This document shows positions 8,302 through 16,205 of a DNA stretch of 39,604 nt, one piece after another. Source of the stretch: an uncultured Pseudomonadota bacterium. Its GTDB lineage: Bacteria; SAR324; NAC60-12. Within the stretch, counting starts at the first letter, position 1. Each line of letters starts with the position of its first letter. The position numbers and the translations under genes are program-made. Below the pieces are notes generated by a model, which was not told the DNA's origin, ran no database searches, and saw nothing but the letters and a program-made list of their open reading frames with translations. Location of the stretch: positions 1 through 39,604 of the forward strand of contig CAJWCD010000011.1 of the NCBI GenBank assembly GCA_913020725.1, given 5' to 3'.

Positions 8302-9870
8302 TCACGGGAAGAAGCGGCGGGTCACCTCAGTCGCTGGTGGCCGAGTGAAAATGATGTCCACCCGTCGATTGGCCTGACGAGCCTCCCGGAGGGGCTTGCC
8401 CCGCTTGCGCTTTCCGGAGGCGTCCACAATTGGCACCCTCGGGCGGGTGTCCGCATAACCAGCGGCGGCCAGCAGGTTGGGGTCAAACCCGGCCTGCTTG
8501 ATCATGAAGACCGCCATGTTGGTCGCCCGGATGGTGCCGAGTTCCCAGTTGTTCGCAAAGAGGCTGTTCGGCCCCGTCCGCACATCATCGGTGTGCCCCT
8601 CCACCCGGATCGCGTCGCCCTCCAGCTCATAGCGGTTGCGGATGGTGGTCATGAACTCGCGCAGCTTGCCCACTCGTTTCGGGAGCAGCGTGGCCTTCCC
8701 GCTGCGAAACAGGAACGCCGAGGGCAGCGAGAGGATGCAGCGCGACTTCGAGGCATTCAACTCGAACCCCTCAAACTGCCCCGCGTTCTCCCGCAGAAAA
8801 CGGTGGATTCCGCTGCAATCCTTCATCTCCAAGGCGCCAACGATGGTGTTGAACTGTTTGTCCGCCTTGCCGGTTTCGGCGTGTTGCAGCTTTTCGCTGA
8901 GGATCTCGACGATGAGGGATCGCGTTGCGTAGAGCGGCACGTCCTCCTGCATCACTTCCAGCGCGATCGATCCCTTCTCGGTGTAGGGGTAGATGGTGAT
9001 CGCCTTCCCGTCTGGAAAACGATAATCCACGCCCTCCTTGGCGGAACCCCGCGTTCCCAGAGGAATGATGGTTTCCACCCCGCTGATGGGTTGGATGTGT
9101 ACCGTCACATTGACACTCCCTTCATAGATTTCTCGTCGGTCAATCTCGAACGATACCTTGGGCAAAGGTTCATCATCCGAAATCACCAACTCCTTGGAAA
9201 TCAGGCTTCCGCGCTCCACGTTTCCCTCCAAAGTGCCAATCTGCACCACGATGGTCTCGTCCAACTCAAACAGGTCATCATTGATGAGGCAGAGGGGGAG
9301 GTAGCCCGCTTGTTCGTCTTTCCTGACAGTCACCATCTCCCTGCCCAACAGGTAATCGTACTGCATCAGTTCCAGGGGCAGTGCTTGCAGTCCCTCGTCC
9401 GTGCAAAGGGTCGCATCGGTCGGTCCCCGACGGGCACTTCCGGTGAAGTGGAGGGGCACATGAATCTCCTCACCCACATTGTCACTGACCATCACCCCAA
9501 TCCGGCTGACTAGCTGCTGCTCCGAAAGACGCATCTTCACCAAGCTTGTCAAGATGAGGCGCTTTTGGTAGAGCGCCATCAGTTCCGGGCCAAGCTGCTT
9601 GCCAAGCTGCTCAGCGTATTCGGCTTCAATCTCGTAGGTCGCTCCCATCAGTTTGCGAATTTGCCCCAAAGCGTCCGTAGGGAGAAAGGTCTGCAAACTC
9701 GACAACACCGGTTCGGTCACTTTGAACTGCCCCTTGATGCTGACCTGCGGTTTGCTGAACAGCGACAGGTACACGAAGAAGCAAAACAACAGGGTGATCA
9801 GATCGGCAAAGGTGATGATCCAGCGGACCTCTCTGCTGCCCCCCGCTCCCTTGCGCTTGCCAGTAAACAT
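8302..9870 (-). CDS. motB: MotB/PomB-family stator subunit with two inserted Calx-beta-like domains
   Basis: TM WIITFADLITLLFCFFVYL with the conserved Asp; OmpA-like domain (LFRSGKATL, VEGHTDD, NWELGTIRA, GYADTRP, NRRVDI); inserts GSAKEGVDY, INDDLFELDETIVV, ISDDE. Confidence 0.88.
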   Translation of the reverse strand: MFTGKRKGAGGSREVRWIITFADLITLLFCFFVYLSLFSKPQVSIKGQFKVTEPVLSSLQTFLPTDALGQIRKLMGATYEIEAEYAEQLGKQLGPELMALYQKRLILTSLVKMRLSEQQLVSRIGVMVSDNVGEEIHVPLHFTGSARRGPTDATLCTDEGLQALPLELMQYDYLLGREMVTVRKDEQAGYLPLCLINDDLFELDETIVVQIGTLEGNVERGSLISKELVISDDEPLPKVSFEIDRREIYEGSVNVTVHIQPISGVETIIPLGTRGSAKEGVDYRFPDGKAITIYPYTEKGSIALEVMQEDVPLYATRSLIVEILSEKLQHAETGKADKQFNTIVGALEMKDCSGIHRFLRENAGQFEGFELNASKSRCILSLPSAFLFRSGKATLLPKRVGKLREFMTTIRNRYELEGDAIRVEGHTDDVRTGPNSLFANNWELGTIRATNMAVFMIKQAGFDPNLLAAAGYADTRPRVPIVDASGKRKRGKPLREARQANRRVDIIFTRPPATEVTRRFFP

Positions 9871-9912
9871 TTGGGCGTCTCCCTCTTACTGCAATCCAAG
9901 TGTGAGCCTGAA

Positions 9913-10788
9913 TCAGCCCTCGTATTGTTTGTCAAATTCCTCCCGCTTCTTGGGCAGAAACAAATCCAAGCCCTGCATGAGCGTGTAGGGGGATTCCCGC
10001 CGGGCGATACCGTGCACACTCTCCCGGATCATCTCCAACAGCACCAGGTTCGACTCCTTGAGCTGCTTGCGTTTTGAGGCGACCGGCAAAAAAAGCAAGT
10101 TGGCGAGGATCACCCCATACAGGGTGGTCAGCATGGCGATCGACATGGATTGCATCACGGCCCGGACACTTCCGGTTTCGGACAGCATCAGCACCAGACC
10201 AACAATCGTTCCGACCATCCCAAAGGCCGGAGCCGCCGTGCTCATGAACTCCAGAATCCCGATCTCCTCATCGGCGCGATGTTCGTACATGCGGATTTCC
10301 GACTGAATGATCCCCTCAATCTGATCGTCCGAAACCTGCTCCCGCACGATCAGGCTCTCGATCCAGCGCCGCATGAAGACATTCTCAATCCCGTTCAAAT
10401 CCTCGTTCGTGATGCGCTTGCCGTTGAAGCGTTTCTCGCCGAGCTTGCGGGACTGCTCATAAATCTCCTCGGCTTCCAGTTCGGCTTTGTCGGCGGCAAA
10501 CACCTTGAGGATGCTAGCGAAGCAACGAGTGGTTTTCTTGAAGGGGAAGGCGATGAACGTCACCGAAAAGGTGCCGCCAAACACGATGAAGAAGGACTTG
10601 ATGTCCACAAAGCGCGTCAACTGGAAAATGATTTTTCCCGTCCCGGACTCCATCCCCTCCCAGCCCTCAAGGATCAACGCCAGATTGGAGAATTCCGTGG
10701 GCCAGAGGACACCCATCAAGATGAAGAGGGTTCCGGAAATAAAACCGATGAGGGTGCCGATCTTGTCAGTTTTTGGGGCAACAGCCAT
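9913..10788 (-). CDS. motA: MotA/PomA-family stator subunit
   Basis: FVDIKSFFIVFGGT, APAFGMVGTIVGLVLML, AMLTTLYGVILANLLFLPVASK; GAGG RBS overlapping the upstream stop. Confidence 0.92.
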   Translation of the reverse strand: MAVAPKTDKIGTLIGFISGTLFILMGVLWPTEFSNLALILEGWEGMESGTGKIIFQLTRFVDIKSFFIVFGGTFSVTFIAFPFKKTTRCFASILKVFAADKAELEAEEIYEQSRKLGEKRFNGKRITNEDLNGIENVFMRRWIESLIVREQVSDDQIEGIIQSEIRMYEHRADEEIGILEFMSTAAPAFGMVGTIVGLVLMLSETGSVRAVMQSMSIAMLTTLYGVILANLLFLPVASKRKQLKESNLVLLEMIRESVHGIARRESPYTLMQGLDLFLPKKREEFDKQYEG

Positions 10789-10791
10789 TCC

Positions 10792-12531
10792 TCATTCCTC
10801 CTGATTGGTGGTGGTTGGGAGACGGTTCAATTCGTTGTGGACCAGTCGCATGAAGAGACTGCGATGCAGGTCGCGCATCTGCTCGATACGAGCGAGGGCG
10901 TCCTCGTCTTCACTGGCCTGCTGCTGAAGTTGCTCCAGTTGCTCCTGGTAGAACTGGCGGGTGTCTTCTGTGAACTCACTCAAGAGCATCTCCTGAAACT
11001 GCGGCTCTGCCTCGAAGAGGACGTACTGCACAGAAACGCGCCCCCCGTTGCTGAGCTTGGAACGCTCGAAGCGTTCCATCACTCTGCCGAGCAGGGCATG
11101 GTCCACTTCGGAACGTTCGTGCAACTGACCGAAGGTCACGCCCTTGGTCTGAAGCTCCTGCAAGGCACCGCCGACCTGTTCCTTCTTTTCCGGATGCTTG
11201 GTCTGCAAGGCTTCGGCACTGGCGAGAATCTGCTGCCATCTCTCGGTTTCGAGCTGTCCGGAGAGTTCCCCGATGCGTCCGAGCGCATCGAACTGCTGCT
11301 CCAGGGTTTTTGCCGTTTCCGCCAGCTTTTCACCCAACTCCTGAAGCTTCTTTTCCGAGATGGCAACGTTGCGCATCTGGTGCAAGATCACAAACGCCTC
11401 CTCTGGAGGCAGCGTCTTGAGAACGTGTGAAGCGTCAACGAGGTCAATCTGGCTGAGGACCACGGCCCGGTCCTTGTTCTGTAGGGTTTTGATCAGGTTG
11501 GTACGATCCGTGGGGGGCAGTGCCTTGAGGAAGCGCAGGTGATCCTCGCGTTCCCCTTCCTCAGCCGCCGCCTCTTCCTCGGCAAGCGGCAAGCCCTCGT
11601 CTTCGGTTTCCTCTTCCGGTTTCATCGACTCGATGGCCTCGGCGACCTTGCCCAAGGCGGGTTGGAGCGGATGCTGCTTTTCCTCGACGTCGTCTTTGCG
11701 TGTACTCCGGGAAACAAAGAAGAAGAACACCAGCAGCAGTAGGATCAGAAAGCCGAGCAATCCGGCGAAGATCATCTCCTGAATGCTGATCTGCTCCAGT
11801 GTTTCTGATCGGTATTCCGGAATCAGTTTCTCCACGCCAAGCATCTCGTAGCCGTTGGGGAATTTGGCGCTGATCTCGGCGGCCTGCTGAAGCTTGGTGC
11901 GGGCATCGGCAGACTTCCCGCCCCGCAGATCATCCCGCGCGGCCACGAGCAGATTCACATAATCCACCAACTTCTGAGAGAAATCCGGACGCTCGATCTT
12001 CACCAGACCCAGCACCACCGACAGCTCAAAGCGGTCCTGGAGGTCCAGCTTGACGTCGTTGCGGAGGCGAACCTCGATCACGTCCAGGTCCACCTCCGTT
12101 TTGGCGACCACCGTGATCGTCCGGTAGCTAAAGACGACGTTGGCCTCTTCCGGACGGGTCATGATCTGCACACCGGGCACGACATCGCTGTCGCGCTTCC
12201 GCAAATTGGTGTCGATCAGGGCGTGACGCTGCACCGAAACATCCACATACTCCTCCCCCAACATCTTCTGGAGGATACGGTGCATCTGCTGCTTGAGTTC
12301 CGGCTCCGCACGATTGCGGACGAGGTACTCCGCCTGCGTGGTGGTGGCGAATGCCAGCAGACCTCCCAAGCAGAGGCCCACCTGCAAAACCCGGAGGCGG
12401 GAAAGCAAGAAGGCGTGGCCGGAAAATGGGTTCGTCATGCCGTCGGACCATGAGGGAAAGCGGTCAAATGCCTGGAAACGCCCCTCCATGGGCGAATTTT
12501 TCTGAGAATTTGCCTGATTGTACTCCATCAC
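10792..12531 (-). CDS. Single-pass membrane protein: FliF-like periplasmic ring module + TM + FliG middle/C-terminal-like domains (true start possibly ATG 12438)
   Basis: Signal-like segment ending TQA/EY; TM MIFAGLLGFLILLLLVFFFFV; cytoplasmic AVVLSQIDLVDASHVLKTLPPEE and VTFGQL..VDHALLGRVM..VLFEAEPQFQEMLLSEF follow FliG M/C patterns. The FliF similarity is weaker. Confidence 0.7.
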   Translation of the reverse strand: MMEYNQANSQKNSPMEGRFQAFDRFPSWSDGMTNPFSGHAFLLSRLRVLQVGLCLGGLLAFATTTQAEYLVRNRAEPELKQQMHRILQKMLGEEYVDVSVQRHALIDTNLRKRDSDVVPGVQIMTRPEEANVVFSYRTITVVAKTEVDLDVIEVRLRNDVKLDLQDRFELSVVLGLVKIERPDFSQKLVDYVNLLVAARDDLRGGKSADARTKLQQAAEISAKFPNGYEMLGVEKLIPEYRSETLEQISIQEMIFAGLLGFLILLLLVFFFFVSRSTRKDDVEEKQHPLQPALGKVAEAIESMKPEEETEDEGLPLAEEEAAAEEGEREDHLRFLKALPPTDRTNLIKTLQNKDRAVVLSQIDLVDASHVLKTLPPEEAFVILHQMRNVAISEKKLQELGEKLAETAKTLEQQFDALGRIGELSGQLETERWQQILASAEALQTKHPEKKEQVGGALQELQTKGVTFGQLHERSEVDHALLGRVMERFERSKLSNGGRVSVQYVLFEAEPQFQEMLLSEFTEDTRQFYQEQLEQLQQQASEDEDALARIEQMRDLHRSLFMRLVHNELNRLPTTTNQEE

Positions 12532-13009
12532 GCGGGATCGTCAAGCTTTTTGCTGGAGGTTTGTACGGTTCCAAAAACCGTTTGGCGGACGAATCCCCGG
12601 AACCCAAGGGCGTGGGAAATGCCTGATTCGGTTGGCTGCGGGAACGTGTTGGAAGGCGAGAAGCCAGAGGGTAAAAAACCATTTCGCAGATGGGTCTCAA
12701 AAAAACAAGACCTGCGAGTCCGCGAGATGATGACTGCCTTTGCTCCAGGCAGTTGCGTTGTACAGGTCCGCCGAGCAAACGCAGCGACGGTCCGTGTCTG
12801 GAAACACATCAGGAGACTTATGGGTTCCTGAGTTATCCTCACCCGGAATCAGGTTCCCAGAATCTCAAGAGAACACAAGGCCAATCCGAAGAAGAAGGAT
12901 TCCTTCCCGACCGCTATACTTTGTGGATTTTTTTGGATGTGGTGAAAACGGTTAGGTGTACGATTTCGTGAGGTTGTACTCCAAACCTGTTTTGAGCTCC
13001 CTGTTTTTT

Positions 13010-13071
13010 CCGTTCGGGCTGAGCCTGTCGAAGCCTGATGGTTCACCCTTCGACAAGCTCAGGGCGAACGG
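13010..13071. repeat. REP-like inverted repeat, possibly also terminating the enoyl-CoA hydratase transcript
   Basis: CCGTTCGGGCTGAGCCTGTCGAAG...CTTCGACAAGCTCAGGGCGAACGG; related copy at 19708-19778. Confidence 0.75.
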
Positions 13072-13115
13072 GCTGGTAGCCGCTTGCAGGAAAACAACCT
13101 AACGAATCAGCACAG

Positions 13116-13937
13116 TTAGGTGTGGGGAGACCAACTCGGGCGGCGTTTTTCGAGGAAGGCATCCACACCTTCCAGCGCGGCGGCGTACATGAGGTTACAG
13201 GCCATGCGGTCTCCGGCAAAGTTGTAGGCTTCCGAAAGCGGCATTTCCAGTTGTTGATAGAACACCGCCTTGCCGAGTCGCACGGCCTCCGGAGGCTTGG
13301 CGGCAATCTTCTCGGCGATCTCCAGAATCACAGCATCCAACTGATCGGGGGAGACCACACGGTTGACCAGCCCCCAGTCGAGCGCCGTGGGGGCGTTGAT
13401 GAAGTCCCCGGTGAAGAGCATCTCGAAGGCATTTTTGCGGGCGAGGTTGCGGCTCACGGGCACTGCGGGCGTGGAGCAGAAGAGTCCAAGGTTGATCCCG
13501 GAGGTTGCAAAGCGGGCCTCCTCGGCCGCCACCGCAAGGTCGCAGGCCGCGACCAGCTGACAGCCTGCCGCCGTGGCGATGCCCTGCACCCGGGCGATCA
13601 CGGGCTGGGGTAGCCGGTTGACCGAGAGCATCATGCGCCCGCACTGCGCGAACAACTCCCGGAAGTAGCGTTCATCGGTCTTGGAACGCATCTCCCGGAG
13701 GTCGTGTCCAGCACTGAACGCCTTGCCGTTCGCAGCGATCACCACCACCCGTGCCGATTCATCGTGGGTGAGGTCATCGAACGCCGCTTGCAGCGCGGCA
13801 AGCATTTCTTCGGAAAGGGCGTTGTACTGTTTCGGACGGTTGAGGGTGAGCGTGACGATGCCCTCGCGTTCTTCGCGTAGCAGGATCGGTTCGGCAATTC
13901 GGGGACGGGCAACAGATTCAGTGGCGACTTCAGTCAT
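13116..13937 (-). CDS. Enoyl-CoA hydratase/crotonase family protein
   Basis: LTLNRPKQYNALS, FSAGHDL, ATAAGCQLVAACDLAVA, GLFCSTP. Confidence 0.95.
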   Translation of the reverse strand: MTEVATESVARPRIAEPILLREEREGIVTLTLNRPKQYNALSEEMLAALQAAFDDLTHDESARVVVIAANGKAFSAGHDLREMRSKTDERYFRELFAQCGRMMLSVNRLPQPVIARVQGIATAAGCQLVAACDLAVAAEEARFATSGINLGLFCSTPAVPVSRNLARKNAFEMLFTGDFINAPTALDWGLVNRVVSPDQLDAVILEIAEKIAAKPPEAVRLGKAVFYQQLEMPLSEAYNFAGDRMACNLMYAAALEGVDAFLEKRRPSWSPHT

Positions 13938-13992
13938 GAAACTCCTTCGGTTGGTTATACCCTACGAGCATAGCTTGGATCCGGCCATGAGG

Positions 13993-15201
13993 TCAACCGG
14001 ATCGTGTCACCAGTGCGTTGAGCCATGCTGTCAAAACCGGGAGGGCTTGCCGTGTGGGTCGCGTGGGGAAGAGATCAAACGCATGTTCGACTTCCGGAAG
14101 TTGCAACAGGGTCGCCGAGGCTCCGGCATCCCGGAGCCGTTGCTGGAAGGCCTGGGGTTCCGCCAGCGGAATCAGCGCGTCCTTGCTGCCCTGCACGAGC
14201 AGAAACGGCGGTGCCTTGCGATGCACTTGATGCAAGGGGGACATGGCTTCGTAGCGTTCCGGACAGCAGCTTGGAACTGCACCCATCGCACTGCTGAGCA
14301 GTTTTGCCCGTGCCGGGTTCGGTGTCTCTTCAGCAAAACAGCCGTGGAGGTCGTACACGCCATACAGACTCAGGCACCCTACAATCGTGACTCCGGGGGG
14401 ACGAGTTTCCGGACGGCTTAGTTTGAGGGCCAGCAACGAGGCGAGTTGCCCTCCGGCAGAACCTCCGGAAATGACGATGCGCTCCGGATCAATGCCCAAG
14501 CGTCGCTGGTGCTGCACCAGCCATTTGAGTGCCTGTTGTACGTCCGCAAAGGCTTCCGGCAGTTTCAGCTGCGGTGCCAAGCGATAGGTGGGCGCCACAC
14601 AAACCCAACCCTGCGCGGCAAGGTGTCGCAGCAGCGGGATGCCCTGATTGTGGGTGCCCACATGCCAGCCCCCGCCATGGATGTGCAGCAACACGGGTTG
14701 CTGCACAGGTGACAAGTTCTCCGGACGATACACATCCAGCGTGAGAGCGTGTCCTCCGGTACTGGCGTAGACTTCTGTGTGCCGGGCAGTGGCTTCCTTT
14801 TGCTGAGGCCAGAGCGAATTTTGCAGCCAGTCCCATCCGCCATCGGCAATTTGAGGAAACGGCGTCAGGGGACTGCCCTGCGATTCCAGCTGCAACTGGA
14901 GTCCGGAGGACAAGCCGGAGAGTCGATACAACCGATGCAGCAGCGCAACGGCAAGGGCGCTGTGGAGCAAAAGCCAAAACACCGCAGAGATTGTAGCGAG
15001 TTCACCCGCCCAAAACGCGAGCGTCAGCATCCCGAAATCCAGCAGCAGGAACAGAAGCGCGAGATCCCCCACCAACCAGCCCAGCGCAAAGCAGCAGACC
15101 AACGCCGTGGGCGAACGGAAATCTCGGGGAACGAGGGGGTGAAAGACGTTGAGAACGAGCAGGCCGGAAACGAGCGTCCAGCAACCGAGGAAAACGGTCA
15201 T
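13993..15201 (-). CDS. Membrane-anchored alpha/beta hydrolase (HSL-like esterase)
   Basis: Hydrophobic N-terminus; HGGGW oxyanion motif; GGSAGG nucleophile; D in GSKDAL and H in EHAFD. Confidence 0.88.
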   Translation of the reverse strand: MTVFLGCWTLVSGLLVLNVFHPLVPRDFRSPTALVCCFALGWLVGDLALLFLLLDFGMLTLAFWAGELATISAVFWLLLHSALAVALLHRLYRLSGLSSGLQLQLESQGSPLTPFPQIADGGWDWLQNSLWPQQKEATARHTEVYASTGGHALTLDVYRPENLSPVQQPVLLHIHGGGWHVGTHNQGIPLLRHLAAQGWVCVAPTYRLAPQLKLPEAFADVQQALKWLVQHQRRLGIDPERIVISGGSAGGQLASLLALKLSRPETRPPGVTIVGCLSLYGVYDLHGCFAEETPNPARAKLLSSAMGAVPSCCPERYEAMSPLHQVHRKAPPFLLVQGSKDALIPLAEPQAFQQRLRDAGASATLLQLPEVEHAFDLFPTRPTRQALPVLTAWLNALVTRSG

Positions 15202-15246
15202 GGCCGGTCGGAGAAAACTCCCGTCCGGGCCTGCACGGGAAGGGAA

Positions 15247-15642
15247 TCAGCGCTTGGAGAACTGGTAGCGCTTGCGGGCGCCGGGCTGTCCATACTTCTT
15301 GCGCTCCACCTTGCGGGAGTCACGGGTCAGCATGCCGGCTTTCTTCAGTGAAGGTCGCAGTTCCTCATCAGCAGCGAGCAACGCACGAGAAATGCCGTGG
15401 CGCACCGCTCCGGCTTGTCCGGAAAGACCGCCGCCGTGAACGTTGATGTAAATGTCAAATTGCTCACCCATCTCGGCCAGTTCCAACGGCTGGAGGGCGA
15501 TCTTGCGCAAGACCTCGCGCCCAAAGTACTGCTCCAGAGAACGCTTGTTGATGCTCACTTGTCCAGAACCGGGACGCAGGTAAACCCGGGCGACAGAGGA
15601 TTTCCTGCGTCCGGTGCCGTAGTATTGAATGAAAGTCGTCAT
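15247..15642 (-). CDS. rpsI: 30S ribosomal protein S9
   Basis: [14 protein letters not shown]...[15 protein letters not shown]...ERKKYG...YQFSKR. Confidence 0.99.
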   Translation of the reverse strand: MTTFIQYYGTGRRKSSVARVYLRPGSGQVSINKRSLEQYFGREVLRKIALQPLELAEMGEQFDIYINVHGGGLSGQAGAVRHGISRALLAADEELRPSLKKAGMLTRDSRKVERKKYGQPGARKRYQFSKR

Positions 15643-15655
15643 GTTTTGGTGTCCG

Positions 15656-16099
15656 TCAAATCGAAAGGGGCTGGGGCTGCTGAGCCTGGTGCGGATGCTC
15701 TGCGCCGGTGTACACTTTGAGGCGCGAGAGCATGTGACGGTTGAGGGCGTTCTTGGCCATCATGCCCTTGACAGCCCGCTGAATGATCGCCTCAGGCTTG
15801 CGGGCACGGAGATCCTTGAGACGGTACTCCTTCAACCCCCCCGGATAGCCCGTGTGGTGGTAGTACATCTTGTCGGTTTCCTTGTTGCCGGTCACTTCCA
15901 CCTTGTCGGCATTGACCACGACCACAAAGTCACCGGTGTCCACATGCGGGGCGTAAATGACCTTATGCTTGCCTCGCAACACAGTAGCAATGCGGGTGGC
16001 GATCTTGCCCAGAGTCTTTCCGGAAGCGTCCACAATCCACCACTGGCGCAGATGCGTCCCGTTCTCCATGTCTTCCTTGCGAACAAATCGCGTTTTCAT
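15656..16099 (-). CDS. rplM: 50S ribosomal protein L13
   Basis: MKTRF...[47 protein letters not shown] 16099 with GGAGAG RBS. Confidence 0.98.
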   Translation of the reverse strand: MKTRFVRKEDMENGTHLRQWWIVDASGKTLGKIATRIATVLRGKHKVIYAPHVDTGDFVVVVNADKVEVTGNKETDKMYYHHTGYPGGLKEYRLKDLRARKPEAIIQRAVKGMMAKNALNRHMLSRLKVYTGAEHPHQAQQPQPLSI

Positions 16100-16205
16100 C
16101 ACTTCTCTCCAAACGGTGCCCGGATTCCGGTGCACATTACAAGTAAACTATTCATTAAGCCGGAACCCGCGCCAGAACACAAGCTTTTTTGGCAAAAACG
16201 CAGGG

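Noticed and set aside
299..9513. Long plus-strand ORFs (923-1723, 2249-3259, 3658-4548, 4573-5757, 7119-8156, 8074-9513) and similar antisense ORFs elsewhere
   Set aside because: They are antisense shadows of well-supported genes in GC-rich DNA and show no recognisable motifs.
8302..10788. Zorya ZorAB anti-phage motor
   Set aside because: MotA is normal length with no long cytoplasmic tail, has flagellar-type TM motifs, and there are no ZorC/D/E-like helicase or nuclease genes.
8302..10788. ExbBD/TolQR energiser
   Set aside because: The B subunit has a W..TFAD TM and an OmpA-like domain, and the A subunit has the 4-TM MotA pattern; no TonB/TolA-like gene is adjacent.
5990..12531. Ordinary flagellar gene cluster
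   Set aside because: No export, rod, hook, filament, switch or chemotaxis genes; the FliG-like protein is membrane-anchored. Flagellar genes elsewhere in the genome cannot be excluded.
12528..13046. Short ORFs and a possible IS/MITE end (about 12574-12697) upstream of the motor operon
   Set aside because: No motifs or convincing RBS; the inverted-repeat match is too weak and there is no transposase. Treated as a regulatory region; I found no clear sigma28 or sigma54 consensus.
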